A stretch of 64,000 nucleotides of DNA from positions 60,946,001 to 61,010,000 of the forward strand of contig OZ024743.1 in assembly GCA_964016885.1 (NCBI GenBank), given 5' to 3'. The stretch's first letter is position 1. Each line of letters opens with the position of its first letter. Below are positions 26,500-43,807 of this stretch, one piece after another. The DNA comes from Eledone cirrhosa. Its lineage: Eukaryota. The translations under genes and the position numbers were made by a program. The notes under the pieces are model-generated. The model saw only the letters and a program-made list of their open reading frames with translations. It was not told the DNA's origin and did not search any database.

Positions 26500-26950
26500 A
26501 TTACTGAAGATTTTTTATAAAAACCCTAGAAAATCCTATTTTCATCATTTCTAAAAATAGCAAAACAATTGATGCTTTGGATAGGGTCACATAGAAGTCA
26601 TTAGACATGCTCAACCAACCGTGAGGCCTAACCCAATCAGCTTTAGTAATCTAGTGAAACTACACACCGATTGGTCAAAATACAGTTTGCAAAACTTAGG
26701 ATTCTGTAACCCCTTTTAACTGTATATAAGGCATAGATTTTAGCCAGCTCATTACAGTTGAAAATTGCAAACTTGACTGTCACCACTGAATATGAACCTG
26801 AAGATTGCGAAAGCATGAAAATACTTGTTCAATTAACATTTAAAATTTTAATATTCTACCATACTATTTCATTATAATATCATTATAATTTTAAAGGATT
26901 GTAAACAAAAGGAATAAATCAGACAAAGTTGGAAATCCTTTTATTAATAT
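26500..26950 (+). mobile_element. Penelope-like pLTR (family A) with promoter-like motifs
   Basis: CCAAT ~26633, ATTGG ~26670 and TATATAAG ~26723 upstream of a hammerhead motif; 3' end shared with 4821-4975 and 15048-15230. Confidence 0.7.
26793..26831 (+). ncRNA. Minimal hammerhead motif (family A)
   Basis: UGAAC-CUGAAGA-U-UGC gaaa GCA-U-GAAA-AUAC-UU-GUUCA; the consensus of three copies gives palindromic GUAC. Confidence 0.75.
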
Positions 26951-27138
26951 AGACATGTAAATCTTGACAGCGGCACCGGCACGAAGCCAAAACCACTTGG
27001 CGCCGCGGTTGAGATTTTACATATCTCAATACCCACTCTGCATCTTCCTATGCATTCAGTACTCCCATGATTAGTGGTCTCCTCGGCCTCATCACCAGAG
27101 ACTCTCTCTCTCCCTCTCCTTCTCTCTCTCTCTCTCTC

Positions 27139-27184
<46 letters not shown>

Positions 27185-27199
27185 CACACACATATAGCT

Positions 27200-28500
27200 A
27201 TGCTTTTCAATTGCTGCTTCATAGAGTGGCCTTTCACAATATCAGGGAAAATGTATTGTGTACCCTGTCTTCAAGAATGATGGTGAGCGTTATTCACTCA
27301 CCCAGTCATGGAGTTTGCTATTTATAAGATTCTTAATCCCCTTGCCAAAAACAATATCTTGAGCAACATTCATTATGGCTTTCGTTCTGCCAGGTTCACA
27401 ATACACATTTTGACATAGGGTAAGTGAGTCTCTATATGGTGATTTTGCATCCAGATATTTCCAAATCTTTTGATAAAAAATGCGGCACAGGGGACTACTT
27501 CAGAAACTCAAAAGCTGTGGTATCTCCGAGAAGGTGCATGCTACAATTAAGTCTTTTCTTTCTATGATCGATCTCTATAGGTTTTGGTGAATTGTCAAAC
27601 ATCTGATGATCATACATTCAATGCTGGATTGCAACAGGTATCTCTCATTGGACTGACTCTTTTTTTTTTTTGTTATTAATGGACTGCCTGGCTGCATCTT
27701 AAGATCGTTTGTTGATATTTATGCAACACAGTCTATGGTTGTACATTTAGAAACCACAACGACCTATGCCTGGCAGATGATTTCTCTTTCGACTTAGAAC
27801 ATACTGTTCAATTGGGAAACGAGTGTCTTGTATTCGTTAACATCTCGGAAACTAAGCTTCTCTTTTTCCACCGCCATCGGAATGTCCCAATTCTGTCCCT
27901 GTTTATATGAATGGTGCTTCGCTAGAAAGAATCTCTCTGCTTTGAACGACTCTTAGGTCTGCAATTTACTCCAGACCTCCATTGGAACTCATATTCGATC
28001 AGTTGCCAAACCTGGACAAATGATCAGTTCCTTACCAGTTCCTTGTTTTCGAGAAAATATCTGTCTCCGACGCGAGCATTCTTTCGTTATTTTCACAAGA
28101 AGAACTCTGATGAACACTCTCTGGTACCTAAAACGCAGACTTTATCCACTTTTCGCTTAGCCCATTGAGGGAAACCAACCACACTTTCTTCATATTCTTA
28201 ACATCAGGCATAAGTTTCCTAGAAACAGTTTCATTCATAGAACCGCATCTCTGTGGAACAAACTGCATAGGGATTGCTTTTCTTATGACTACAACATTGA
28301 CATTTTAAGGAAGAGGTTCAATAAATACCACTCCATGACATAATTTCATCAAACTGCTAAGTCTTTTGTCATTTTCGTGCTTGTAGCAACCACTCTTCCA
28401 TTCCCCACATCATCATTGTCTTCGTCTTCATCTTGTCATGTAATCGATACACTTGAGTGGCCTTTAAAGCCTTGTTTTGTGGCAACATTTTTAGTACATA
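27200..28500 (+). mobile_element. Degenerate CR1/Jockey-group LINE RT fragment
   Basis: HYGFRSAR, DISKSFDK, HRGLLQKL, NAGLQQVS and RTASLWNKL motifs with many disruptions. Confidence 0.75.
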
Positions 28501-28787
28501 AAAATATATGTACATAGTGAGAGTTAACGAGAAGAAACAGGCGTTTTATATATAAAAACAGAGGTAATCTACCATGAATCGTACGCTCGAAAATTTATTA
28601 AGCCACATAACGTTCCATGGCTTCACTTAGATTGTATTATCGCAGTAGTAAATATGTTAGATTTTATTCAGGTTTCCATGGAGACTTGGAGAAAAGTCGA
28701 TTTATAATTTATATAAATAAACATTGTATATACGTAACCAATCTCTCGAACTTTTCCGAAGAGTTGAGGAGATAAACTTAATATAAA

Positions 28788-29043
28788 GAGTGGTGTGCTC
28801 ATGCGCAGAGATATTATAAAATAACATACAAAATAGGGAATGACTGAGACGGAAAAATAAGTTGCCATTGGCCACTACGCGTAATCGAATCTCGTATCTG
28901 CCAGATACCTGCTAGGTTCTTTGGGAGGTACGCGGTTCGATTCTTCATAGCGACCGATGGCAAATAGTTTTCCCTTTCTAGTGGATCTTCATACTATTTT
29001 ACATGCTATTTTATAGCATCTCCACACATGAGTACACAACTCG
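28788..29043. repeat. Head-to-head inverted repeat carrying tRNA B-box-like sequence
   Basis: ~28788-28905 is the diverged inverse of ~28925-29043; GGTTCGATTC at ~28934; right end abuts (TA)n. Confidence 0.6.
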
Positions 29044-32000
29044 ATATATATATATATATAAAATTATAAAGGTGAGGAAAGTATAGATAAAAACATCAAT
29101 TTTTTCCCAAATTTCCCGACTGCAGATATTCATGTATCTGGGGAACACCACTTTTTTATACATGCGTTTCTAATGATGCAACTAATTCTTTATGAGAACA
29201 TTCCTGTATTTCCTAACAAGGCTTCAACACTTCGTTTGGAACAACAGACATTCTATGTCCTCAATTTATTCGACGTTTCCAACACCTCACAGTCTCATCC
29301 TTAAAAGTGTTTTTGGATTACTTTCACTGTCTCTTTTTAGGTATCATGTTTATTTAAGGGATATTTATATAAACTTGAATTTGGTAGTCTTTCAACTTAG
29401 AGCGCAGTAAGCCAAAACAAATACCACAATAAATGTTGTCCTACACTCTAGAAGTTCCGCTAATCCACCGCCATAGATTTGTACAATATTTTTCCGACCA
29501 CAAAAGCATACAATAAGAGGATTTCAGCGGAATTGACGTCAGAATGTAGAGAGTTGGAAAATATACCGCCAGCATTTTACATATTGTTGTCAATAATGTG
29601 TTAATATACCACTTTCCTAAATTAATAGCTACAGGAAGCACTAAGTTTTCAATTTATAATTTTGCTTTGATCCATAATTTATGGAAATATAAAAAAAAAA
29701 AATAAATAAACGTAAACATTTTATACCAGAAACGTTTATCGATGATCCACGAACACCATTATCTAAAATGAATAGCAACAATTCATTTGATTTGCTTCAG
29801 TATGAAACCTAGGCCACCAATATCTACAGAAACCACTATAGCTAAGTCCATTAAATGAAACCCTACGGGGTTATTTGTTCTGATAGAAATGGCAAGCAAA
29901 TATTCATCATATGATACATGACCATCTTAGACAAAGAAGAATACTTTTGTAAATATAGTCCATTGTATACAAAATGGTGGGATGAACATAGGTAGAGCGT
30001 CTTTGATCATCAGTCTACACAATCAGAATTGATGTGGGTCTAAACAGCAACATTAACTGCAGTAATAACTAATAAACTAACTTTATTTAAAATACGTATC
30101 GTATTGACTTTCGTGTGGTTTTCTGTAAATATAACATAATATACATTGTTATGGCAGTAATATTGGTGAAGAGTTATTCAACCAATAAGCGTTCAGCCAA
30201 TATCGTTTAGAAATTAAGTTTGTCGTTTTTATCAAAAATAGTTCGATATCAAAGAGAAAAATCTAATTCGGTAAAACCAGAATCCTTTGAAAAGATCAAT
30301 GAGTAAATGGATTCAATGGGAAGTAAATTTTGATGGAATCTCTTTGATATTGAAGTAATCGATATTAGCAAGTGGTGCAATGTTCCAAATAAGACAGCCG
30401 TGTGGTTATGGTTATAGGCTATGATTTCAGCTCTCCATAAGCAACGTATGGAGCATGCAGCGAATTCGCAGAGTCGTTAGAACGTTTAATAGAATGTTTG
30501 CAGTATGCATTCAACCACACTACGGTCTGAGTTTCAATACCACTAAATATTACTTACCCAAGATAACTAAAATCTGTTTGAACTATAAGGACGCAGGCAT
30601 GGCTTTGTGCTTCATATTCGACCCCGTCAGACAGCATATCTTTCCGAGTCACCTGCTCGGATTCTGTCGCAAAGATGACGATAATCAAAAGTTTATATTG
30701 CCAGTGGCCTCCCTTTCTCCAGTGCGTTACGTATTTTCGCGTATTGTAGCACCAACATTTAGACAGATGTATAATGCAAAGCAGTTAGTCCTCATTTTTA
30801 AAGACTAGGCACACACCACCATATTTTCTACGCCTATCAATTGAAAACTTACTATGCTATATATTTTCTAGGATTTCCTATAAGTGTTCTTTTAAGACCA
30901 TATAGAAATATTTTCCACACTCCACAAAGCAAAGATATGTCATCTTTTTCCTTGTCAGCCTTTCGATAAATATCTAAAGCATACAGATATACTCCTTTCT
31001 TACGTATCACTACTACACATCACTCAGAAAAAGTAATACGCCATTATCATAGCTTGTAACTGTGTCTTGTACAGCCGAATCGACAGTTTGGAATGCACAC
31101 ATTTCCCTGATGGTCATGACATTTGACTTTCATATTTTTAATACTTTTTTCTAAGAGAGGTTATACTGCACTGATTTAACGGATAATAATATATCTTATC
31201 AAACTAGGTTACTTCGTATAATGTATTATACGCAGCTCTATATATCTGATTCAGTGAAATATATAAAAGATGATCTTGTATGCTGTGATTATCTGCGTAT
31301 GACTGAGTCAGTATATAGTTATGAGTGAAGGAGTACGATAAAGTTTATCTCTATAATTATAATAATATATTTTTATGTTATACAAACAAACAATACACAC
31401 ACACTCACATGCATAAATACAGACACACACACACAGACACACACAGACACACAGACACACACACACAAACACAACACCAAATAGCACTGAGTATCTCTTA
31501 ATTGATGTGAATTGCCCGTGTGGTCTGGTTAGTAGGGGAAGTGGATGAAGTTTTACGTATATAACTAGACATATACATGTATACCAACATACATACATAT
31601 ATAAATGCATACATAAGTATATACATATATATATATATGGACGTACATGATGGCAGCCCCCTCATTATCGAGTATGGCCTTTGCACAATATAACATTATT
31701 AATAATTATTAATTAATTCTATCATGCAATGCTTGTGCGTGAAGATTTGTTTTAAAAGTGAGGAAAGACTGTGCACTGAGCCAATCCCACTCTCTGAGCG
31801 AGAGTAACGTTAACCCGAATAGAAGAAAAGATCAACATCATCGGTAACTACTGAGCCGCAGGTTTTATGTCGGAGTTATCCCAGTTTCCTGAGTTACTTT
31901 CTCCTAGAAGAATACCCTGACAAAGGCTAGGGGTCCTTCACCCCAGTGGTTTAACTGCACGATCGGCTACCCAGCCCGCGCATATACGCACATACATACT

Positions 32001-32159
32001 TTCATGTATACGTACATACATATATATATATATAGTATACACATACGTACAAACAAGAATATGGACATACATACACATACGTACATACATACACATACAT
32101 GCATACACACATACGCGCACGCACACACACACATGCGCGCGCGCGGGCGTATACATCAT

Positions 32160-34657
<2,498 letters not shown>

Positions 34658-37203
34658 TATCCACGGTAAGTTGTGGGGTCTAGTCTGCATGAAGAATATA
34701 TATATATATTTATAGTGAAAGATTGAAGAATAACATGTTCGGCTGTACAAAAAGGCTTTTATTTCTAGTATTAACAATTGTTTCATTGATCAGGTGAGTC
34801 TAAAGGCCGCTAATCACTCGAAGTTGCGTCACATATATAACAATGTTTCATATGTATATATATAAAAGTTGTATTAGTGCTTCAACATAGCATTATACAC
34901 ATATATGTATGTATTGTATATTGAATAAAATACTAAAAGTTCATGATATACTATGTTCATGAAAAACATTTGAAAGCATTTCTAATGAAATGTTTAAGTT
35001 GTAACTAACGTCACACACCTAACCTCGATATATACAAGGGGAAGTAATCGACAATGCGTTGTTTCTCGCTCGTTAGCGTTTATCAAGACTATATATCTCC
35101 CTACTTCTGCTGAGGTTGAAATAGGCTAGGGTTTATAGGGGGAAATAGATAGGTAACGACAAAGTAAAAGATAGAACATATAATGTACTTCTAGATGTAA
35201 AACATATCCTTGTTGTTCATGTCATTCCTGTATTCTTTTATTCTTTGTAAAATTGTGTTTATTGGTTATTGTGAGTGATTTCACGTAAATGTTCATCGAA
35301 TACTGCAAAAGACAGGTAAAAAGGTGAATGTATCGATCAACAGTCAATGTTATCACCTTTAAACTCCTTGCAGCGGCCAATATTTATTCATAAAATTATT
35401 GATTTCTCAGAATATAATATCGATCATTCTGCTACAATTTCAAACATTACAATTTATGTTTCCATTTTTTCTTTTATTTAAATATATATTTTCCTTCTAA
35501 CAATTCATGCTTTTGACCTTCTCTCACCTTACCCACAAATCTCACCTTCCCTGTCCTATTTTTCTTTTGATTTCTTTTTTTTTTCATTTTTTACTTTATT
35601 AATTATTTTTATTTATTATTATTATGTTTATTATTTTATTTATTTATTCATTTATTTATTGCTTTCTTTCGTTATTTCACAACACAAGCAATTGTAGAGA
35701 TTGCCAACGTCTGAATTTAACTTGGATTTGATTTTTTTAAATTATTTTTTTGTTTATTTTTAGAGTTTCAAAATTGATTTTTCAATTATTTTCTACTCCA
35801 TTGTGTGTTTTGTTTGTATTTTGGTTCGCCATTGAAACATTTCAGATCAGACAATTCGTCATATTTAAATAACACGGCGAACTGGGAGAAAGGTTACGTT
35901 ATATTTCATGGGTTTTTTTTTTTATCTGAAAGTAAAAATACAGAAATACTGATATATTAAATTCTCTGATGACATCAGATGAAATTCAAATTTCCCTTTA
36001 TATTTTACCGTTTTATTTAATTTGCTAAAATATTCATAGTAGTAGCTTAGAAAATATATATTGATTTTTAAAAAATACAATTAAATACATTTTAAAAATA
36101 TAATATATGTGTTACAAGGGGCATCAATAATAACAACATTTCTCTACTATTATATATTGATTTAGGCATAGTCCCGGACCGGACCGTGTATTGTGTTCTT
36201 CATCAAGACACTTTATTCCATGCTGCTCCAATTTATGTAGCTGTAGAAATGAGTTGTAGCGTTACTTGTGCCAAGCTGTATCGGCCTTGGCGTTTCTCTT
36301 GGACAACATCGGTGGTGTGGAGAGGGGAAACTGGTTTGCTGGTCTTCCACAAACATCCTTGTTCGGACTTGTGCCTCTGGGGGCAACTTTCTTTTATACA
36401 GATTAGTATCCTCATACTGGTTTTAAGGTCACAACGTTTCGGACATTGAACATTTAAGGCTTCTCAAGATGCATGTCGTATTTGGTAATATTCTCAGAAT
36501 TTCAAACAGAACTCCTTATTCAAACCACAAGGTTATCTAGTTCTCATTCTGTGGTCTGTTCCTGGTATAACCATGCATTAGTTATTACTCATGATATCGT
36601 TTGCTTGTTCCTAGATCAGAGTAGTTATATATACATTAGTTCAAGTGAAACGAAGTACAACCTATCCTGGATCATGGGTGCTTCTTTTGGTGTACAAAAG
36701 GTAAGTAGACTTAATCCGTCGCCTGTTCAGCAAAAAGGAATGGCTTTAGGGTGCCTTTATGCTGGTAGATTTAATTCTTTACCTAGTTCATCTACCAGAG
36801 TCTGCTCCTGTGGTGCTTTTTGTATATCTAGTGTAGTATATCTCGTCCTTCATCCAATTCAACCTAGGATTTGGCCCTTGGGTACTTTTCATGGAGCTCA
36901 CAAGGGTTCTAAACATAATCTGCCACCACGTTCAACAGCCAGACTTTGTCCTGGTGTCATTTCAGTGGCGTCTACTTTGAAGTACCGGGTATCGAAAATT
37001 GCTCAATTTAACATCCAGTCACTAAGGACGTAAATAATGTACCAAGCACTACTCTAACAGATAATTAAGCTGTAAAAAGAGATTCGTATCTATTTACACA
37101 GAATGTCAATACCTCAATACATCATGAGCTGCTATACATATACAGATAATGATAGATTAAACACCTCCAAATGGAAACTAACACAAAGGATAAACCGCGC
37201 GCT

Positions 37204-37273
<70 letters not shown>

Positions 37274-38004
37274 CACATATACACACACACTAACACACAT
37301 ACACACACACACAAATGCATACACCTAGTGGCAGACTGGGTATGAAAATATTGGTTGCCAAGAGATAAAGGGGGCCACCCACATATAAAATGTTATCATT
37401 TAATTTTTATAATGAATAAATAACATTTTCCAAAAATATATAATTAGAAACAAAACAGTGCAATCAAATGTTTGCGGGAAAAATGTCTATTTTTTACTGA
37501 TTATAGTGCATATATATTGTACATATTACTAGCAGTACACAGTAAAACGAAATGTTAATACAGAATGTTATAATTGAATTTTTAAATAATTGCGAATGTA
37601 TAGTATACTGTTATTTAGAGTAGACTATGCAAGTGATGGTTCTTATCTTCTCCAATAACAAATATGAAATACCTTGTGAAATATACACATCCAGAGATTT
37701 CAATAATGACCTTTGGTCTTTCACTCTAACTCAATATATATATATATCTGAGTGTGTGTGTATATGTGTAGATGTACATGTGAATATATAAATTTACATA
37801 TGTGTATACATAGATGTTTTCAACTTGTACAAAAATTATTTGATGACTCATTCTCCCTAGGGACATTAGACTGAAGAACTGAGCACAAATTGATATTGTA
37901 TATGTGTGTGTGTATGTGCCTCTCTCTATGTATGTATATATGTGTGTGGGTATGTGTGTATGCGCGTATATATATATATACACACACACATATATATATA
38001 TATA

Positions 38005-38061
<57 letters not shown>

Positions 38062-38092
38062 ATGTATGTGTGTATATATATACTAATTATAT

Positions 38093-38155
<63 letters not shown>

Positions 38156-38185
38156 TGTATATATGCATATATATATGTGTATGTG

Positions 38186-38222
<37 letters not shown>

Positions 38223-38295
38223 ATCTGTGTGTGGGTGGGTGTGTGCGCGTATGTGTGTGTATGTATGTATATGTATGTATGCATGAATGAATACA

Positions 38296-40091
38296 CTTGT
38301 GATGCTATAAACTCCGCCAGTTGCAGACTGCGCATCAATGTTAGATATTTTTCTTCACAAAGTTCGATCACCAGCAGCAGAGTTTAAAGAGCAAAGACCA
38401 AGTCAAGTCGATAAGTTGACATTATCAAGAGGCTGCCCGCCTCTGCTTCTCCTACCAGCCAACCTCTCTTCCAGGCATAAACTACTCACACCAAGAGTTA
38501 ATCTTTTTATATGACCGTATAGTTTGAGTACTCTTGACTTGACAGTTGATGTAATTGGTTTAAGTTTGGTAATGTTGAGTAGCTCATTGATACAGATACG
38601 GTCGCTGAGATGCTTGCCAGTCATAAGTCTCATGATGTGGTTCTGGAATGTAAAGTGCTTCTGAAGTGACCTTGTCGTTCAATTAACACAGTCAAGAGCA
38701 TATAATACAATTGGTAGGATGTAAGTGTCAAAGATCTTAGCCTTCAAATGATAGGAAACTTGTTTTGATGTTAATACTTCCTTGTTCTTGTTGAAAGCTG
38801 CCCAACCTAGATCCATCCAATACTGCGCAACAACCATGCCATTGTTGTTTGGCGATAGTTTGTGATCGAGATGTACAACTCAGTAATTTGAGCAATTTGC
38901 TAGTTGTAGATTGTTAGTTGTAGATAGGCATTGTTTTTATCAGTGGTCATACACTTTGTTTTGGAGATGTTGATGCGCAAGCCAGCCTCCAGCGAATGTT
39001 TGGCCAGTACATTCAGAAAGTCTTGCAGATCAGTTCTAGAGTAACTTATGATGGGCAGATCGTCTGCATAGCTAAGATTTGGTAGGATTTTACCTCCTAT
39101 TTGATAGCCAGAGGAGCATTTTTCTTCAGTTTGGTAGATAAGTGTAGCTATAACTATACAGAAAGGAAGTGCTGATAGTACATCCCCCTGCTTAACTCAC
39201 TTCAAGATGTCTATACAGCGTGTAGTTCCCAAATCTGTTTTGATATATGTTGTTGAGTTGGTGAAAGTTTCTTTCAGTAGGTTGATGTATTTCTTGCTAA
39301 TTGAGGTTTTGTTTAACAGTTGCCACAAGCTGGGTAGTTTCACGTTGTCAAAAGCTTTTGTGAAGTAAATGAAGGTGGTGTGCACAGGGTTGTTGAATTC
39401 TATTGATTTCTCAATGATTTGTTCAATAGCTAGGATCTGCTCAATGGTGCCTCTTCCATGTTGATATGCAGCTTGTGTTTCAGGAAATGAGGCGTAAAGA
39501 TCTGACTTCACTCTGGCTGCAATGATACTCATGAAAAGCTTATAAACGTGACTCGATAGGCTGATAGGGCGATAGTTCCCACGATCAAGTCTGCTACCTT
39601 TTTTGTAGAGTACAATTATCAATGTAATATCTGAAAAGCATAGAATCAGAAGAAAATGTGTCCACTCATAAGCCTAATATAGAATAGCAAAGGCTGAATC
39701 CAAAAAGACTCGTTAAATCAGACAAAGTTAAAAAAAGGCACAACAACATTGAGGAGCTGAATAAACTATCACCCAACAGGTTATCGTGCTGTTCTGAAGA
39801 AACTAAAGACTAAACTAAGAAATCTTAGCTGGGACATTAAAGATTCAAACGATACTATTCTTACTTCCAAAGATGATTTCCTTGAACGCTAAATTCAATG
39901 AAGAACTGTACTTCAGCAACTCAGAACCAACAACCATCCATGATTCGACATCAGATGCCATTCCATCTAACTTAGCTAGTATGATATCTCATGCTATCAA
40001 CAATTTGAAGCGAGGAAAATTCCCTGGACTGGGCAACATATACTCAGAATTGATCAAAGCTGGAGGTGAACCAATTATCAAAGCACTTCAA
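38296..40091 (-). mobile_element. RTE-clade LINE with inverted 5' segment
   Basis: Minus: LYKKGSRLDRGNYRPISL, AFDNV, QGDVLSA, YADD, LKLYGHI. Plus 39630-40091: AINNLKRGKFPGLGNIYSELIKAGG. Flanked by CATGAATGAATACA at 38282-38295 and 40092-40105. Confidence 0.9.
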
Positions 40092-40846
40092 CATGAATGA
40101 ATACAGTAAGCGATAAATTTAGACAACCAGTGATACCAACTGTTAGCACTATCATATATTTTAGTTTCTATTAATTCCCGAGAGAATTGTTTGACAAAAT
40201 GCTTTCTTTAATTGTTTCATTTATTCCTAAATTTTTTATTCTTTCTCTAAGACTATTTTTTAAAGATATATTTTGAAAGAAAAGCATTGGCCCCTAAAAT
40301 ACTACAGTGGGCTCCCACAATGGTACCATGTGTAACGTATCTACCATACCCCCCGTAGTACAGTATATCCATACAAAGTAGTACAGTGCACATGGCCAAT
40401 ACATCCTCGGCGTTTTTCGCATCTCCAATCGCGTTATTTTCACATTCGTGTTTAAAGACATACGCATCACAGGCATTATGTGATACAAATTGATTGCACT
40501 AAACTAGTCTGTTACGTTTCATGGTTACGAGTAAAAACACATGTGTGAATAAGAGCTGCGTGGCCTTCTTTATGTATTTTGTTATTTACTAGGACATGTG
40601 TTTTGATGCATAGGATCGGCAAGATTACTGTAATCCGTTGTGTTTATTTTTTTCTTTTTCTTTTTATTCGTTTCTATATCAGTTGATCTTCTGCTACTGA
40701 TACAGTTCTGTGGATTCTAGCTATATTTTCAAGTGACTGAAAATTATTGCCCACCAAATAGTCGACACAATCAATTTAACCTTACAAAATGGTCTAAATG
40801 ATTCGACTTTTATACGAGCATATACGGTACACACACACACACACAC

Positions 40847-40979
<133 letters not shown>

Positions 40980-41094
40980 TATATATATTCAAAATTAATT
41001 TAATTAAATTAAATTAAGGGAGTCATGTCCGAGACATGCGCCGTATCCACTGTAGAATATGCTCAAAGATTTCAATGAATAGATCCGAGCATTT

Positions 41095-41465
41095 TATATC
41101 AACTAGAAATTGAATGACATATATATATATATATATTTAAAATAAACACATGAAACAATCACAGGGGATAATTTGTAAAGTGTGTAATCACACATAGCTA
41201 GGTAGGTAACTAATTAAAGTTTAACTAGAGCTTCAAATATTACCTTTTTTAGCTATGTGTGATTACACAATTTACAAATTTAATCATGGATTAATCATTT
41301 TTTAAAAAGGTAATATTTGAAGCTCTAGTTAAAGTTTAATTAGTTACCTACCTAACTATGTGTGATTACACACTTTACAAATTATCTCCTGTGATTGTTC
41401 CATGTGTTTATTTTAAATATATATATATATATATATATATGTCAATCAATTTCTAGTTGATATAT
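41095..41465. repeat. (TA)n-flanked head-to-head inverted repeat
   Basis: ~41095-41249 is the inverse of ~41305-41465, with an extra internal partial copy at 41250-41280. Confidence 0.85.
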
Positions 41466-41509
41466 ATATATATATATATATCTATATATATATATATATA
41501 TATATATAT

Positions 41510-42465
41510 AGGAAAAGGTATGACCCCGACGGCAGAGCTCAAGCCGTTTCTACGGCTATTTCTGGACTAAATTAGAATTTTTAGCCTGGTGAATAAATAG
41601 CCGAACTTTTCAAGGGGGTACTTCCTTATATGGGAAGATTGTAGTTGTCCAGAGGATTGGTTAAAATTTGTTGTAAACACAAATAAGTCTATCATGGCAT
41701 TTGGTGGGAGGTAGGAGTGGCTGAACTTGCCTGTAGAACAATAGGGGAGTGACAGGAGCGCTAAAGCGTTGAAAGTGATATGTATACAGCAGATTCTGAG
41801 GATAGAGTATGAAGTGGAGGAAGGGGGTTATAGAATAGGTAAATAGAATGAGAGTAGGAGACAATAAAAGATATATAAAGAAATAAAAAATATATAAAAT
41901 TAGATAGTGAGAAATGAATAAAAAAAATCACAATGCTATCTTACAATTACAGGTTAATAAGTTGAGAATAGAAAAAAATTGTAGAAATTGAGTAGTACCA
42001 GAACTGATACAGAATTAAAGGGGTTTAACACGTCTGCTATAAGTAGTTAGTAAAACATATTCGGCCAATTCTATCTTAAGATTATAGGGTGGGGGAACTG
42101 ATGCTACAGAGGCCCGAAGGGCTGCATCGGGGTAGGCGAGGGGAAAAACAGACGAGGAAAAAATAGGGGGTGGAAGGAAGTGATAGGTTGAGACAGGAGG
42201 AAGAATAAGACAACAGGGGAACAGAAAAGAAAAGAGATACATCTACCTAAGTAAGCTGGGGTTTCCCCCTACTAGTTTACACATCAAGCCGCATTTAGTG
42301 CAGTTGACAGGGTTTTGAGGGGAGCACGGTCGAATGTTTGATCTTGGTCTTAGATCTTAGGTCACGAAGGTAGATCGGACGAGATTGTTCAAAGGTCTTT
42401 ATACTTTCGTGGCAAACATTTCTTCCTTTTCCACGGTCAGCAGCTAGGTTTTCGAAAAAGTAAGA
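41510..42465 (-). mobile_element. Penelope-like 3' remnant (GIY-YIG C-terminus plus pLTR, family J)
   Basis: KCGLMCK-like motif near 42290, pyrimidine-rich 3' region, hammerhead motif, ends at (TA)n. Confidence 0.6.
41523..41619 (-). ncRNA. Hammerhead motif with full stem III (family J), 5' core degenerate
   Basis: ACCCC-cuugaaaa-..CGGCUAUUU...AAAUAGCCG..-GAAACGGC uugagcucu GCCGUC-GGGGU. Confidence 0.65.
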
Positions 42466-42481
42466 GCTATGCACACACACA

Positions 42482-42549
<68 letters not shown>

Positions 42550-42565
42550 TACACACACACACATG

Positions 42566-42654
<89 letters not shown>

Positions 42655-43064
42655 CACTGTGTGGGCATATATGTATATATATATATATATATATATAGAT
42701 ATTAATGTATACAAACGCACTCTCGGACATAATATGCGTACACTGAATCGGATATAACATCAATATACACTAATATTCATATACATGGGAGTGCGTAGCC
42801 TTATATTCTTATATGTATTTGAATTTATATGTCCATATAAATTCAAATACATATACACAACTAAATGTGCGGGTGTACGTATAGCACATGCATATGTATT
42901 CAAACACATAAACGCATAACAAAACAGTATGCTTAAGAAACAAATACTTACACCGGTATGACGTTTATATGCCAAATATTTTTACACTCGATCTGTTAGA
43001 TCAAAGAAGATAATCACCTACAAACATACACACACACTAACACACATTTACTTTGCCTATTATG

Positions 43065-43102
<38 letters not shown>

Positions 43103-43807
43103 TTAAGGATACTGTTTATGGTTATGTATATACTAAAACCTTTTATAGTTATATATATTTTAAACCCTAAATAGTGAAAGACAGTAATTTATTACTATCT
43201 TATTACCAGTAAGATAAATAGCTCAATGTAACAACATCAGTTGTTTTACAGAGCAGTTATATAGAAATTTTACAGAGTAGTTATATATAAATTGCGTTTC
43301 CTTGATTGTGAGAGTGGTGGTGTGTGCGAGGACAGTGGTGCTGTTTTGCTTCTCATTTGTAATATTTTTGATATTTTTGGTGTTTCTCTACACACGGGAT
43401 TCTATATCGTACAGGTGTGTGTGAAAAAGGCTTTACCAGTACAGTCCCCATGATGCTCTTGATTGCCTGCTTTGACTGCTTGTTTTACATGTAACAATCT
43501 GCCGCACTATAATCTTGTATAAATAGGACACGCGTGCATGCCTCACGTGTGACTGTTGCATACACTGGCTACTCCAAACTATCCTCTTGCTTTATCTTCG
43601 TAAACTGCCAATGTTTTATTTTTATTTTAATTTTAATTTTAATTTTAACTTTAATTTTGTCCTTTAATATGACTAATCTTTGTATGTAAATTGCCATGCT
43701 ATATTATTATAATGGATGTCAACCCACTGTGGGTCAATATATACATATGTTTCTATATGTCTCTTGTGTTGAAAAGGAGGTCAAGTATGTAAAAAATCAC
43801 TGAATAA

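Noticed and set aside
29100-31200. Host gene exons in the unique AT-rich stretch
   Set aside because: No recognisable protein motifs or convincing splice-flanked frames by eye; small exons cannot be excluded without RNA-seq.
31783-31849. Minus-strand hammerhead as a confident feature
   Set aside because: Stems II and III are present but both core segments are mutated (CCGAUGA, GUUAC); kept only as a weak candidate in the overall count.
35960-36000. CTGATGA...GAAA possible hammerhead
   Set aside because: No stem I partner and no credible stem II or III.
36473-37033. 186-aa ORF as a gene
   Set aside because: No recognisable domain; lies among decayed repeats.
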